Shown piece by piece: positions 25,745 through 38,442 of a stretch of DNA of 64,000 nucleotides. The stretch is from Octopus bimaculoides. Lineage: Eukaryota. Under the pieces are notes generated by a model that saw only the letters and a list, made by a program, of their open reading frames with translations, did not search any database and was not told the DNA's origin. The position numbers and the translations under genes were made by a program. Where the stretch lies: the NCBI RefSeq assembly GCF_001194135.2, contig NC_068998.1:51559191-51623190 (forward strand), given 5' to 3'. Numbering within the stretch: the stretch's first letter is position 1; each line of letters starts with the position of its first letter.

Positions 25745-28139
25745 CTTTTCACTTTCTGGGTGGTGATTCTCATTCATACATGCTGTGTGATTGGTGCTTT
25801 GTGTCTTAACTTCGGCTGATGATTGCATAGAATATGTACTGTATCATTTATATAATATTAGTGGGTGGTATCTGCTTAGAATTTGCATTATGCGAATTGT
25901 TGATGAACTGTGTGGGACATGTTAGAAACCAGTCGTCATTATTATCATTATTATTCCTTTTATTGTTGTTGTTGTTGTTGTTGTTGTTATTGCTGTTCTT
26001 AGACTATTTATATTACATTTCTGAATTCTTCTCAATGCTTATTTTTAACTTCTTATTCCTTCCTCCTGCAAACTTGTGCGACAGAAGCTAAAGAGTCGTA
26101 TTATGCAACTTAATGTTTTGCTCTTTTGACTTTTGAAACGGTAATGATGCTATTAGCAGATGCTGTAAGTCAATCTGTGCCATTTCTTGAGTAGGAAAAC
26201 TAAATAAAAATAGAGATTATTTTTAAGGAAATTTATTATTTCTTTTTACAAGTTAAGCTTCTTAAATGTTAGATTTCGTTTTGCTGAAGACATACATATG
26301 AAAGAAATATTTGCGGTATAAGTGGATAGTAAAAATAATAAGCTAGAAAACTGAAGGAGAAACAAAAAGTACAAATATTTATTTTGTTCTGGATTAGTTT
26401 TCATTAATTTATAAGCAAAGAATTATTAAACTTATATGGCTGTGTTGATACAAAGATTTAGAGTTTACCTTGTTACCACATGGTCTTCAGTTTTCTCTCA
26501 CTGCATGGCACCTTGAGCAAGTATTTTCTTCTGTTGTAGTGTTGGGCTAATTAATGCCCTGTGAGTGCTCTTGTTAGACGCAAAATGTATGGTAGCCTAT
26601 CAACCTACACCATACACTGTCTCTCTCACAGGCACACACACACACACACACACACACACTGTTAATCTCAACAAACACTCTTACACTCACAAATATACTG
26701 CCCATATCTCTTGTACAAAGTCACTCAAATACAAATATATATATATATATACAAACCTTCTGGCATACACTGCATTGAAAGGTGTGCACAGACATATATT
26801 CAGAATAGTTGGTGGAGGTTCGTTTTCCATGCATTCACAGATGAGATTTGAAGTCAGCCAAAGACAAGCATGGTCTGTCACAGACTGTGCACACAAAAAG
26901 GTCCTTGTCATTCACCTTCTCGATCGTTACATTCTTCCTTAGATCTCTTTTTCAGTCTTATTTGCGTTATCCTGATCTCAAATTAAATACACAACCAAAA
27001 GAGCTACTAACAGTTTCATGCTGTTATGATACTTGAGCAGATATATTTATAAAATACATCATGTATGTTAAAGCAGTTTTTCTGACTCTATGCATTGTAT
27101 ATAATTTTTGGAAGCAAGGATACTGGACAGTACGAAAATTAGAAAAAAACATGGAAAAGATGTGAAGAAGGTCTTCGTGCAAAAAATAGAACAAGAAAAA
27201 AAAAAACAAAATCAAGAACTACAATCCCTGGTTGCAGAAAATTCATTGAAAACAATTTGTTTAGAACAAAATAACAAAAGATATATCAGATAACAGAATA
27301 ACCTCTTACATATGTGTGTGTGTGCATGTGTCTTTAAATAAATATTGGCAATCAAAAATGCAGTGTTGTTTGTCTGCAGGATTCAGAGGACTAGAGGAAA
27401 TGCTGCGTTGCTTGGATTCATGTGAGGCAAAAGAAAGAACATTTAACCATAGGAAACTGTATCAATAAATTTCGTCTGACCCATGGAAGCATGGCATGGA
27501 AAAGTGCACATTAAAACAGTTATGATGTCTTCATTATATAAAGTAAAGGTTAACAGTCTAAGGAATTACATTCTACTTGATAATAAATAAGGTTAAGAGA
27601 TATAATTATATTTTAATTACATAAAATATTTGAATTTCTAGAATGCACAATATTGAGGGCCATTGAGCAATTATGTTGTAATCTTTCATTTTTCTTGGTT
27701 AAACAGAACATTTGAAAACTTGGTCGATGGAGAGGGTTGTAGTGTGTTTGAAGAGAATAAATCTGAGTTCTGAACGTTTCTTCCTGTGGGTGCTGGGTAC
27801 TGATAGGTATTACCCGTGAAACACATTATGTATGTGTGTGGTAGTACTACCGGGAATATGAAATGGCTTATATTTCTAATTGGATATCATGTTCTGTCTA
27901 ACAAATTATTAAATGTGTTGCAATGTTTAATATTTCTTGTTAGGTGTGTGTGTAAAGTGATTATTATAAATGTTTTTTGGCTTTTGGGTTGGGGTGGGGT
28001 GGGGGTATTTCTGAACTGAATGTATAATGTGTGCAGTAGATTAAACGGTCAGGTGGAATATCTTTCTCTCTAATGAAAATAGCAAAAACATCTTGATGAT
28101 TGTGTATATGCTTAGACATGAGTCCACACAAACACGTTT

Positions 28140-28146
28140 CATTGTT

Positions 28147-28180
<34 letters not shown>

Positions 28181-28487
28181 CTGTCTCTTCCTCCACCCTC
28201 CCTCCACCTCTCTCTCTCTCTCCCTCCTCTCTTTCCCCTCATCTCTCTCTACCCTCTCTCTCACACCTCTCCCTCCTACCTCCTCTATTTCCCTTCTCTT
28301 TCACTCCCCTTTTCCCCTCCTCTCTCCCTCTCTCTTCTCCCCTCCTCCTCTCTACTACCTCCTCCTCTCTACTGCCTCCTCCTCTCTACTGCCTCCTCCT
28401 CTCTACTGCCTCCTCCTCTCTACTGCCTCCTCCTCTCTACTACCTTCTCCTCTCTACCCCCCACTCTCTCTCTCTCTCTCTCAGCAG
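28140..28487. repeat. Polypyrimidine low-complexity tract including a 17-bp repeat (ctcctcctctctactgc) x~6-7 at 28342-28457
   Basis: Directly visible; runs into the gap. Confidence 0.9.
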
Positions 28488-28960
28488 NNNNNNNNNNNNN
28501 NNNNNNNNNNNNNNNNNNNNNNNNNNNNNNNNNNNNNNNNNNNNNNNNNNNNNNNNNNNNNNNNNNNNNNNNNNNNNNNNNNNNNNNNNNNNNNNNNNNN
28601 NNNNNNNNNNNNNNNNNNNNNNNNNNNNNNNNNNNNNNNNNNNNNNNNNNNNNNNNNNNNNNNNNNNNNNNNNNNNNNNNNNNNNNNNNNNNNNNNNNNN
28701 NNNNNNNNNNNNNNNNNNNNNNNNNNNNNNNNNNNNNNNNNNNNNNNNNNNNNNNNNNNNNNNNNNNNNNNNNNNNNNNNNNNNNNNNNNNNNNNNNNNN
28801 NNNNNNNNNNNNNNNNNNNNNNNNNNNNNNNNNNNNNNNNNNNNNNNNNNNNNNNNNNNNNNNNNNNNNNNNNNNNNNNNNNNNNNNNNNNNNNNNNNNN
28901 NNNNNNNNNNNNNNNNNNNNNNNNNNNNNNNNNNNNNNNNNNNNNNNNNNNNNNNNNNNN
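28488..28960. other. Assembly gap
   Basis: N run. Confidence 1.
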
Positions 28961-29021
<61 letters not shown>

Positions 29022-29621
29022 CATGCACACACACACACACACACGCACATAGGTGTGTGTATGTATGTGTGTGTATCTATATCACACATACATGTATATC
29101 CAATCTATTGAGAACATTGAAATGTAATTATGTTTGCTGTTTAGGGATTTACATTTGAAATACCAATTTCAGACGTGTCATGGCCAGCTGCTAAAAAAAA
29201 AGGCCGACTGCAACTGCAGTTAATCGCAAATACAGTCGTAAGCTATGGTATACTCTAAAGCTTTATTTTCTTTCAGAAAATCCATGAGAAAATTTAACGC
29301 AGAGCAGGTCTCTTGTCTACGGGTGATTCAGTATAATGACAGGTTCTGTCTATCAGTTTTGGTTATATGACAGTGGTCTCTTCATCTTACTGTTTTGGTC
29401 GCTCTTCAAAAGATCATAGCTGAGGAGTTTTGTTAGGTGTAAACATGGCTGTATGGTTAAGAGGCTTGTTTCCAAAATGTGTGGTGTTTGGTTTAGTTCC
29501 ACTGCTTGGAATTTGGACAGATGAATTCTTCCACTATAACCCAAAACTGACCAAACCCTTGTTAGTGAATTTGGTAGATGGAAGAAGCCTGTTGTGTGTA
29601 TATATGTATATACATGTGTGC

Positions 29622-29667
<46 letters not shown>

Positions 29668-30078
29668 NNNNNNNNNNNNNNNNNNNNNNNNNNNNNNNNN
29701 NNNNNNNNNNNNNNNNNNNNNNNNNNNNNNNNNNNNNNNNNNNNNNNNNNNNNNNNNNNNNNNNNNNNNNNNNNNNNNNNNNNNNNNNNNNNNNNNNNNN
29801 NNNNNNNNNNNNNNNNNNNNNNNNNNNNNNNNNNNNNNNNNNNNNNNNNNNNNNNNNNNNNNNNNNNNNNNNNNNNNNNNNNNNNNNNNNNNNNNNNNNN
29901 NNNNNNNNNNNNNNNNNNNNNNNNNNNNNNNNNNNNNNNNNNNNNNNNNNNNNNNNNNNNNNNNNNNNNNNNNNNNNNNNNNNNNNNNNNNNNNNNNNNN
30001 NNNNNNNNNNNNNNNNNNNNNNNNNNNNNNNNNNNNNNNNNNNNNNNNNNNNNNNNNNNNNNNNNNNNNNNNNNNNNN
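29668..30078. other. Assembly gap
   Basis: N run flanked by (TA)n. Confidence 1.
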
Positions 30079-30769
30079 AAATAAAATCTATTTTGACAAG
30101 GCCCTTCCTGCCAATATCTTTTTGTTATTTTTTATTTGATAACGCTCTTCTTAATCAATTAAAGATTTAAAACTGCACTTAAAAACATTTTCATTTACTG
30201 CAAAACTTAATACCATTTTGCGTGTATGCCATGTTATGTGGAATGGTTACAAACACAGAACAAGATTTATAAATCTTTTTCCATTTTTTTTATTATTATT
30301 ATTATCATGGTAGGAAACAATATTTGAGAATTAAAACCATGTTTAGCAGAGAAAACTTAATGTAACTGTCTGAGAACAGGAGATAATCCTCTTGGAGATT
30401 TTGTTTGTTACCTTTAATTATTTTTTTTGTTGTTCTTTCCTCATCTATGTTCATCCATAACAAGCAATAACCAACCTTCTGGGGATGTTCGGTTTATTGC
30501 ACTCACCGATTGACTGTCACTGACATGTCTGTTTTTGAGCGATTTATTGAAAAGAACAGGAAAGATTAGTCGTTGGTCAAACCTTTATGTTTCTACAAAT
30601 CTTCTGCATAATAGAGTTAAGATTATAAATTCACTATATGTGGTTATTTGTGAATAGATAAATGTTTTCCATTACGATCTAACTGCACATAATTTGGATT
30701 CTCCTGTGCAAGACGACATATGAGTGTCTAGTTTTTACTGAGCAACCTGCACAAATAATTTGTGTATAG

Positions 30770-31138
30770 TTTTGTTTATATTGATCAAAATGTATGTGTT
30801 CCACATGTTTTGTTTATAGTGGTCAAAATGTATGTGTGCCACATGTTTTGTTTATAGTGATCAAAATGTATGTGTGCCACATGTTTTGTTTATAGTGATC
30901 AAAATGTATGTGTGCCACATGTTTTGTTTATATTGATCAAAATGTATGTATGTGTTCCACATGTTTTGTTTATAGTGGTCAAAATGTATGTGCCACGTGT
31001 TTTGTTTATAGTGATCAAAATGTATGTGTGCCACATGTTTTGTTTATAGTGATCAAAATGTAAGTATGTGTGCCACATGTTTTGTTTATAGTGATCAAAA
31101 TGTATGTGTGCCACATGTTTTGTTTATTGTGATCAAAG
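30770..31138. repeat. 38-bp minisatellite (tgatcaaaatgtatgtgtgccacatgttttgtttatag), ~9.5 copies
   Basis: Directly visible, high identity, no spacers. Confidence 0.97.
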
Positions 31139-31904
31139 TCCTGATATGATTTGTTACATTGATCCTAGCACTAGACTGGTACTTTACTTTTACTAACTCC
31201 AAATGATGAAAAGCTAAGTCAGCCTCACTGGAATTTGAACACAGAACATAAATAGCTGGAAGAAATGCACTAACGATTCTTCCTGATGCACTAACGATTC
31301 TACCAGTTCGCCACTTAAATAAGAAATAAATGCAGTAAAATAAACCGTAAAATATGCTAAAAAACAGAAATTGTAACAAAAGTAATTTATTCTAAAGAGC
31401 GCAAAAAGAAATGGAATTGTGTTCTGCTTGGTAAATTGATAAAAGAGTGAAAATCAATATCTGGGCCCTTTCTTGGAAATGGATGCCAGTGACTTTTTTC
31501 TGATAGCATTCTCTGCCAAGATAAGGTCAAATGCCAGTACCACTGATGTTTTTTTATATTTTTAAAAAATTTTTTTAGGTTTTATTTACTTATTAATTTA
31601 AAAAATTTTTTTTCATTTAAGCTGTTATGTAAATTCTGAAGGAAAATCAAGGCAGCTTGAAACCTCTCTTCATGTTTTTATATTTTACATTTTTTTTTTC
31701 ACTCGTTAGACTGTGACCATGCTACAGCACTGCCTTGAAGAATTTTAGTTGAATAAATGAACCCCAGTACTTACTTGCTTTTTTTAAAAGCCTTTTACCT
31801 ATTTTATCAGTCACTTTTGCTGAACTGCTAAGTTATTCAGATGTAAACACACCGAAACCAGTTGGTGGTAGAGGAAAAAGACACACACACACACACACAC
31901 ACTC

Positions 31905-31935
<31 letters not shown>

Positions 31936-32445
31936 TGTTTGACTTAGTTTGAGCAAAATCTTTGTAATGCTGTCATAAAGGCTCCTATGCTTCATGTTGT
32001 TAGCTACCACCTGTTAATTCCATTTCTCTGGATAATCCAATGGTAAATGTATACACATGGAATTCCTTTCGGCTTAGGATAAATATCATAATAATAATAA
32101 TAATAATAATAATATGTGGATGGAAATTCAATGGCTTTCTTTATGCATCGCAACATGTGTGTGTCTACACTGCATGCCATCAATTTCCATCCTCACATTG
32201 TTATTGTTGTTTACCATCATCATCATTTAACGTCTGTTTTCCATGCTGGTATGGGTTGGACGGTTTAACAGGAGCTGACCAGCTGAAGAGCTGTTCAAAC
32301 TCTATGCTCTCTGCAGCTACATATCCTTTCTAGCATCAATGTGTGTGTGTGTGTGTGTGCATGTGCATGTGTGTGTGTGCATGTGTGATGGTGTTCCAGT
32401 TTCTCTCCACCAAATTCACTCACAAGGCTTTGATTGGCCCTAGGC

Positions 32446-32582
32446 CAGTGATTCCCAACATTTACACTACCAAGGGCCCCTTTTATTTAAATGAGCTTTC
32501 TCATAGACCCCAAGATATTGAAAGGTCTGTCAGCTTAACATTTTCACGGACCCCCAATCCTATCACAGGTTGGGAACCACTG
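32446..32582. mobile_element. hAT-type MITE inserted in a minus-strand SINE A
   Basis: TIRs cagtgattcccaac / gttgggaaccactg; 8-bp TSD ccctaggc / ccctaagc (7/8 match). Confidence 0.85.
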
Positions 32583-33214
32583 CCCTAAGCTATAGTAGAA
32601 GACTCTTCTTGCCCTAGGTACCACATCATGAGACTGAACCTGGAACCATGTTGTTGGGAATCAAACTTCTTACCACACAGCCACACCTACGCATATAGTC
32701 TTTAAATTTTGTTTCCTTTTGCCTTTTCCTAAATTCCTGTAGACCAGTATTTCTTTTAAACATAAATACAATTGCTTGCGGTTTGCTTTGTAACCCCAAT
32801 TAAATTCTTCAAAAAATATTTTCTCAGCTTCTATTCCTCTTTTCTCTTTCCTTTCTTTGGAATTCTAAAAAATATTCCCTATTTCTAATTATTTTACTTT
32901 TAAAAGACATTTTGTTATTTTTTATTTTTTATTGTTGGTATCTCTTCTTAAAACCATTCTCTCCTTTTCTCTGAATCTCTGTGTTATTTAATATCTTTCA
33001 CATTGTAAATTCTTCTCAAGATTAGGAAAAAGAAACCCCAAAAGTACTTCTTTTGTTTTTTTTCTTTTTCTATTACCTATAAGGCATCGTGTTACTACCA
33101 TCATAATCTGTGTTTATCTTTTGAAAGATAACAGTGACAGCTGATCATGTTAACATTAAAAAGGTCACCATTACAAAAGCTGATTCCACAAACTGTCACT
33201 AGTATCTTAATACA

Positions 33215-33594
33215 GTTTGATGACGATGATGACGATGATGATAATGATGATGATGATGATGATGATGATGTTGCTTATCATCATCATCATCATCATCATT
33301 TTCGTGGTACTGCCACCACCACCACCACCATCATCGTCATCATCATACCACCACTGTTACCATTATATCACCACCATCATCATACGACTGCCAACATCAT
33401 CACCATCGCCATCGCCATACAACCAACTCCACCATCCCCACCATCCCCACCATTGTTGTCATCATCTTGCCTCTCCACCATCATTGTCATTTTTGTCATT
33501 GTACCAACACCACCACCACCACCACCATCGTCATCATCAACACCACCAACGTCATCACTACCTTCATACCCCCACCATCATCACCCCCATTGCC

Positions 33595-33629
<35 letters not shown>

Positions 33630-33630
33630 G
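33215..33630. repeat. Compound trinucleotide low-complexity tract (GAT)n-(CAT)n-(CAC)n
   Basis: Explains the 252-aa, 153-aa and 105-aa ORFs in the track. Confidence 0.9.
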
Positions 33631-34157
33631 TCTGGTGTTCTTTCCTGGTGTCCCTTGTCTCAGGCTTTCTCTATCTGATGACACACCTAACAATAACAAC
33701 AACCACAACAAAAAAGGCACTAATCTTTGTTGTTGCTATTATTGTTGTATGTTACTTTTGTTTTTGTTTTTTAGTTACTTGTGAGAGACGCATGGCTGTG
33801 TGGTTAAGAAGATCACTTTGCCACCATGTGGTTTCAGGTTCAATTCCACTGTGTAGTACTTTGGGCAAGTGTCTTTTACTCCTAAGGCTGACCAATACCT
33901 TGTAAATGAATTCGGTTCTCTACCTCCACTCCAGACCCGTGCCTCTCCTCTCTGCTCAGACAAATGGCCTAATACCCCATGGGTTAATACAGCAACTAGT
34001 TTTGAATGCCCTTCTTTGAGCTAGCTCCACTCAAATCAAGGACAGTCAAGGGATAAACAAGAACAATTAGCCCAGTCAACCATGTGAACCCTAAGTTCCT
34101 GTCTGCCCAGTAACCCATGGGAATTTTGTCTAATAGATAGATGTAGGGATAGAGAAA

Positions 34158-34789
34158 CAAGGGGGTGCTGAAAAGTTCCTGGCTTTGGGTAAAAGAAAAT
34201 ACAGGATGATCAGACAATTAAGATTTTATTCAACATATTAGCACTAATATAGGCACAGGAGTGGCTGTGTGGTAAGTAGCTTGCTTACCAACCACATGGT
34301 TCTGGGTTCATTCCCACTGTGCGACACCTTGGAGAAGTGTCTTCTACTATAGCCTCGGGCCGACCAAAGCCTGGTGACTGGATTTGGTAGAGGGAAACTG
34401 AAAGAAGCCTATCGTATATATGTTTATATATATATGTATGTGTGTGTGTGTTTGTGCCCACAACATCTCTTGACAACCGATGTTGATGTGTTTTCGTCCC
34501 CGTAACTTAGCGGTTCGGCAAAAAGAGACCAATAGAATAAGTACTAGGCTCGCAAAGAATAAGTCCTGGGGTCGATTTGCTCGACTAAAAGCGGTGCTCC
34601 AGCATGGCTGCAGTGAAATGACTGAAACAAGTAAAAGAGTAAAGAGAGTATATTCCCCTCTCAGATCCACGCACTTATTGCGGCTGCCCTTCAGTTTTTC
34701 TAAGTCCTGTAAAAAGAACTCAGATGGTTGGGCCTTCAATTAGCCTTCTGTGATACCCTCAAAGCTAGGGACTTTTCAGCACCCGCTCA
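34158..34789 (-). mobile_element. Mariner-derived MITE split by a full-length SINE A (34252-34648, +)
   Basis: TIRs caagggggtgctgaaaagttcc / ggacttttcagcacccgctca, followed by TA. Minus-strand LEKLKGSRNKCVDLRGEY resembles a mariner transposase C-terminus (KL..RW.KC...G.Y). Confidence 0.85.
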
Positions 34790-35538
34790 TACAGCCATGG
34801 TAGCATATGGTATTGGCTAAAAGTCTATGGATATGTTATTTAGTACATTATAAATAGAAACTAAGAAACAGGTAGTTTATGGAAACCTACCTGCTAATTG
34901 TCAAATAGTCTGTCAGTTTATCATTAGCTTACAAATAATGAGTTTTAATTTTCTTTTTTTTTTCTCTTTGTTGTTTTCTTCATCTCCTCTCCATATCTTA
35001 ATCTCTCCCACTTTACTCTCTCCCCTCCTCCACACTGCTTTTTCCCCAATTTGCCTTACTCTGAACTTTGACCTCACAACATTTTTCTCCTTGTTATCTT
35101 TTCTTTCTTCTTTCCTTCCTTCATTCTCTTATTCCTCTCAGTCACAATTTATTTAGTCTTTCTTTCTTATCAGCAAATATTTCATCTTTCACTCCTGTCA
35201 ACTGACACCACATCACTTGGGTCATGTCTGAAAAAGAAAAGGAAAAAAAACAAAAAAACTGCAGAAATCTTATACTTTTTTTGCCTCTTTATCACAAACA
35301 AAATAATTCATACTTGGCAAACTTTCCTTACCTTCTCAAGATAATAGACTGGCTAAGGGTGGATTACAGTTTAAGATCATGTGTACAACTCTGCCCTCTT
35401 TAATACAATGAATTACAGTCAACTTAGAAGAAATATTAATTTAATACAATGCTCTTTCTAAAATATTATTCCTCCAACTCACCCCCAAATGTAAATGGTT
35501 AAATGTCATTCAACTTATTCAATCTTTGCACAGTTTAA

Positions 35539-36047
35539 CCCTTTGGCATTCAGGTTTCTCTGTCAAAATGTATTGATTATTTATTCACATTCTCTACCAC
35601 CACCACCACCACCACCACCACCACCACCACCATCATCATCATCATTCAACATCCGTTTTCCATGCCTACATGGGTCAGACGATTTGGCTGCAGCTTGTAA
35701 GGCCAGGGGACACACCTGGCTCCGTTGTCTGTTCTGGTGTGGTTTCTATGGCTGGATGCCCTTCCTAATGCCAACCACTCTACAGAGTGTACTAGGTGCC
35801 TTTTATGTGGCACCAGCACCAGTGCTTTTAATGTGGCACCAGCACCAGTGCTTTTAATGTGGCACCAGCACGCACGTTGTTTTGATTTAATCAAGCGTTA
35901 TCTTGTTGCTCCAAGATTTCGATGGTGTGTTTGTATATTCTTAGAATAAACATTGTAGGGTAGGTGTGAGAGGTCAGATCTGTTCAGTTTTAACATGAAA
36001 CAAGTAGAATATCTGAGCCAGATATGGCTGGATTAAATGCTAAAAGG
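35539..36047. mobile_element. piggyBac-type MITE with a nested family C insertion (~35596-35870)
   Basis: TTAA|ccctttggcatt ... aaatgctaaaagg|ATAA. The right part matches the reverse complement of the 38272 element. The insertion contains a 25-bp triplication at ~35805-35872. Confidence 0.75.
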
Positions 36048-36519
36048 ATAAGCAAATTTATCAATCTCTAAAACTATGTCTTTGAGAAACTCCAGTGCTA
36101 TATATATCTATAGATTATATAGTATGTTAGCCAATGAAATAACAACCAAATCTTTTCCAAATTGTATTTTCGTTTTATTTTTCATGGCTGATGCCAGTGC
36201 CATCAGACTGGCACCCAAGCTGGTGGCATGTATAAAGTGCCATTCGAGTGTTGGGCCTCATGGAGGCAGTGACAGGTGCAACTAGTACTTAATTTATCGA
36301 CCCTGAAAGGATGAAAGGCAAAGTCAACTTTGGTGGAATTTGAACTCAGAACGTAAAGACGAACAAAATGCCGCAAAGCATTTCACCCAGTGTCCTAACC
36401 ATTCTGCCAGCTCACTGCCTTTCTATCCTCTAAAATTACTGACTTTGTGCCTAAATTTGAAACCGATATTTATTTATGGTGCTGCTGCTATGTCAAAAGT
36501 ATCCATTCCACAGTGTAAA

Positions 36520-36870
36520 GTGCTTGGCATTTGGAAGGGCATCCAACTGTAAAAACCCGGCCCAAGCAGACCTCACTGGTGCTGGTGTCATGTGAAAATA
36601 GCACTCAGGCCACACTCTAAAGTGGTTTGCATTAGAAAGGACATCCAACCATAAAAACTGTGCCATAACAAACCTTACCAATGCTGGTGCCTTGGAAAAA
36701 GCACTCCATTTACTCTGTATGGTGTTTGCCATTAGGAAGGACATCCAGCTGTCAAAAAACCATTCCAAAACAGACAGTGAAGCTCGGTGCAGTCTTCTGG
36801 TTTGCCAGCTCCTGTTCAACTGTCCAACCCATGCCAGCAGGGAAAACAGACGTTAAATGATGATGATGAA
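36520..36870 (+). mobile_element. Family C element with its ~105-bp internal unit triplicated
   Basis: 'catt(g/a)g(g/a)aagg(g/a)catcca(a/g)c..(a)aaaac' occurs three times before the (GAT)n tail. Confidence 0.8.
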
Positions 36871-37589
36871 GATGGCGACAAAGACAATGATGATTGTTGA
36901 ATTAATTCAAAATTTCTGAGAGTAATATTACTTTTGCCATATCTCAGACTGGACTTGTTTAGCTAATCAGTAAATGAATAATGAATAAATTAATTTACTG
37001 ATAAACATTGTGTCACTTGTTGCAGAAGATAAATGCTTAGGTTACCCTGTCATAAATTGTATATGTAAACCAGTTTGTCACTGATTTATTTATCACTGGT
37101 CCAGGATAACATGGTACAATCAGTTGGAAATCATGTCATACCTATTTGATAACATGGGTTGGCGATCAGTCAGAGATTCTGCTTGTAATGCAAAATTGCT
37201 CTCCTGCAACTACCCTTAATGTTCAGCCACCCAGAATGCACTGACTTATACATGGGACCAGTGAACAGGAAAGGTACCAAGGCACCTAGCCCTAACAAAC
37301 TACACACATAAGTGTATTCTTTAAAGAGAAGGATAAAGATGACTTAAGAAAATCCATGATGGTGGAAGCTTTGCTGTAGGGTGTGCGTGGAGGGTGAGTT
37401 TGGTGTCAATGAATCAACCATTTGTTTCATTTAAAAAGTGGGTGGAAATGATTCTTCTTTATTCATTAGTATGTTTTTTGCTTTTCCTGGAACCAAACCC
37501 CTATCATAAATGTAGTTAGATTTCTTTGATATATTATTCAAGCATTTTAACTGCTTGTATTATGTTGTCCATGGACATACATATGCATA

Positions 37590-37632
<43 letters not shown>

Positions 37633-38271
37633 GAGTGGCTGTGTGGTTGACGAGTTTGTTTCCAGATCACATGGTTTCAGGTTCAGTCCCACTGCGTGGC
37701 GCCTTGGGCAAGTGTCTTCTACTTGAACTCCAGGCTGACCAAAGCCTTGTCAGAAGATTTGGGGGTTGGAAACTGAAAGAAGCCCATTGTATCTATCTGT
37801 CTATTTGTGTGAAAATGAATCTTATGTGTATGTTTGTCTCTCCTCATTTTCACATTGCATGATCGTTGTAAACAAGTTCTCTTGTCATACAAGTGGCATA
37901 CTTAGTTTCCAATCTTCCATGAAAACATGTCTGGACATGGGGAAATATTACTCTGCTTGGAAACAAATGAGAGTTGGCAACAGGAAGATCATTCAGTCAT
38001 AGAAATCTGTCTCAACAAAGTCCATCTGAGCCATGCAAGCTTGGAAACTGGATATGATAATGACGTATATGATATGCTTTTGCACACCTTCCATCTACTA
38101 AATTCCACTTTTAGGGCAATGCTTTAAACGAGGCTCCTTGCAAAGACACTTATCCAAAGTGGTTGTGTTTGTGTGTGTATATGTGTGCGTGCACGCAATG
38201 TGATAAAATCTGGAACCATATTGTTACAAAGGAAACTTAGTCAGACAGTTATATCTTGCCTCCATATTTAA

Positions 38272-38442
38272 CCCTTTAGCATTTAATCTGGCCATATCAG
38301 ACCTGTTTATTCTACATGATTTATATCCAAACTGGCCAGATTTAGCCTCTTACACCTACCATACAATGCCATTCCAAAAATAAACAATTACATTATGAAA
38401 ATCTTGAAGCTATGAGATGATGTACAGTTGAATGTTAAAGGG
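38272..38442. mobile_element. piggyBac-type MITE, 171 bp
   Basis: TTAA|ccctttagcatt ... aatgttaaaggg|TTAA: TTAA TSD and CCC/GGG termini are piggyBac hallmarks. Confidence 0.88.

Noticed and set aside
29173-29300. + strand exon DVSWPAAKKKGRLQLQLIANTV (29173-29237) followed by a second acceptor at 29276
   Set aside because: The implied intron is only 39 nt and the in-phase continuation stops after 6 codons. The peptide is unrecognised, so there is not enough support.
28093-30170. ORFs of 168-352 aa in the supplied track
   Set aside because: They run through N gaps and (TA)n/(CT)n tracts and are artefacts. The same applies to the ORFs at 61352-61986.
30770-31138. CRISPR-like regular 38-bp repeats
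   Set aside because: The units are contiguous with no unique spacers, the context is eukaryotic and there are no cas genes; it is a minisatellite.
33147-33905. 252-aa His/Pro/Asp/Thr-rich ORF
   Set aside because: It is made of (GAT)n/(CAT)n/(CAC)n tracts and runs into a SINE A head. Overlapping frames are equally open and there is no domain signal.
35332-35352. 21-nt minus-strand microexon PVYYLEK (ccttAG | 21 nt | GTAAGG)
   Set aside because: The pyrimidine tract is short and there are no UGC motifs. Matches of this quality are expected by chance in 64 kb.
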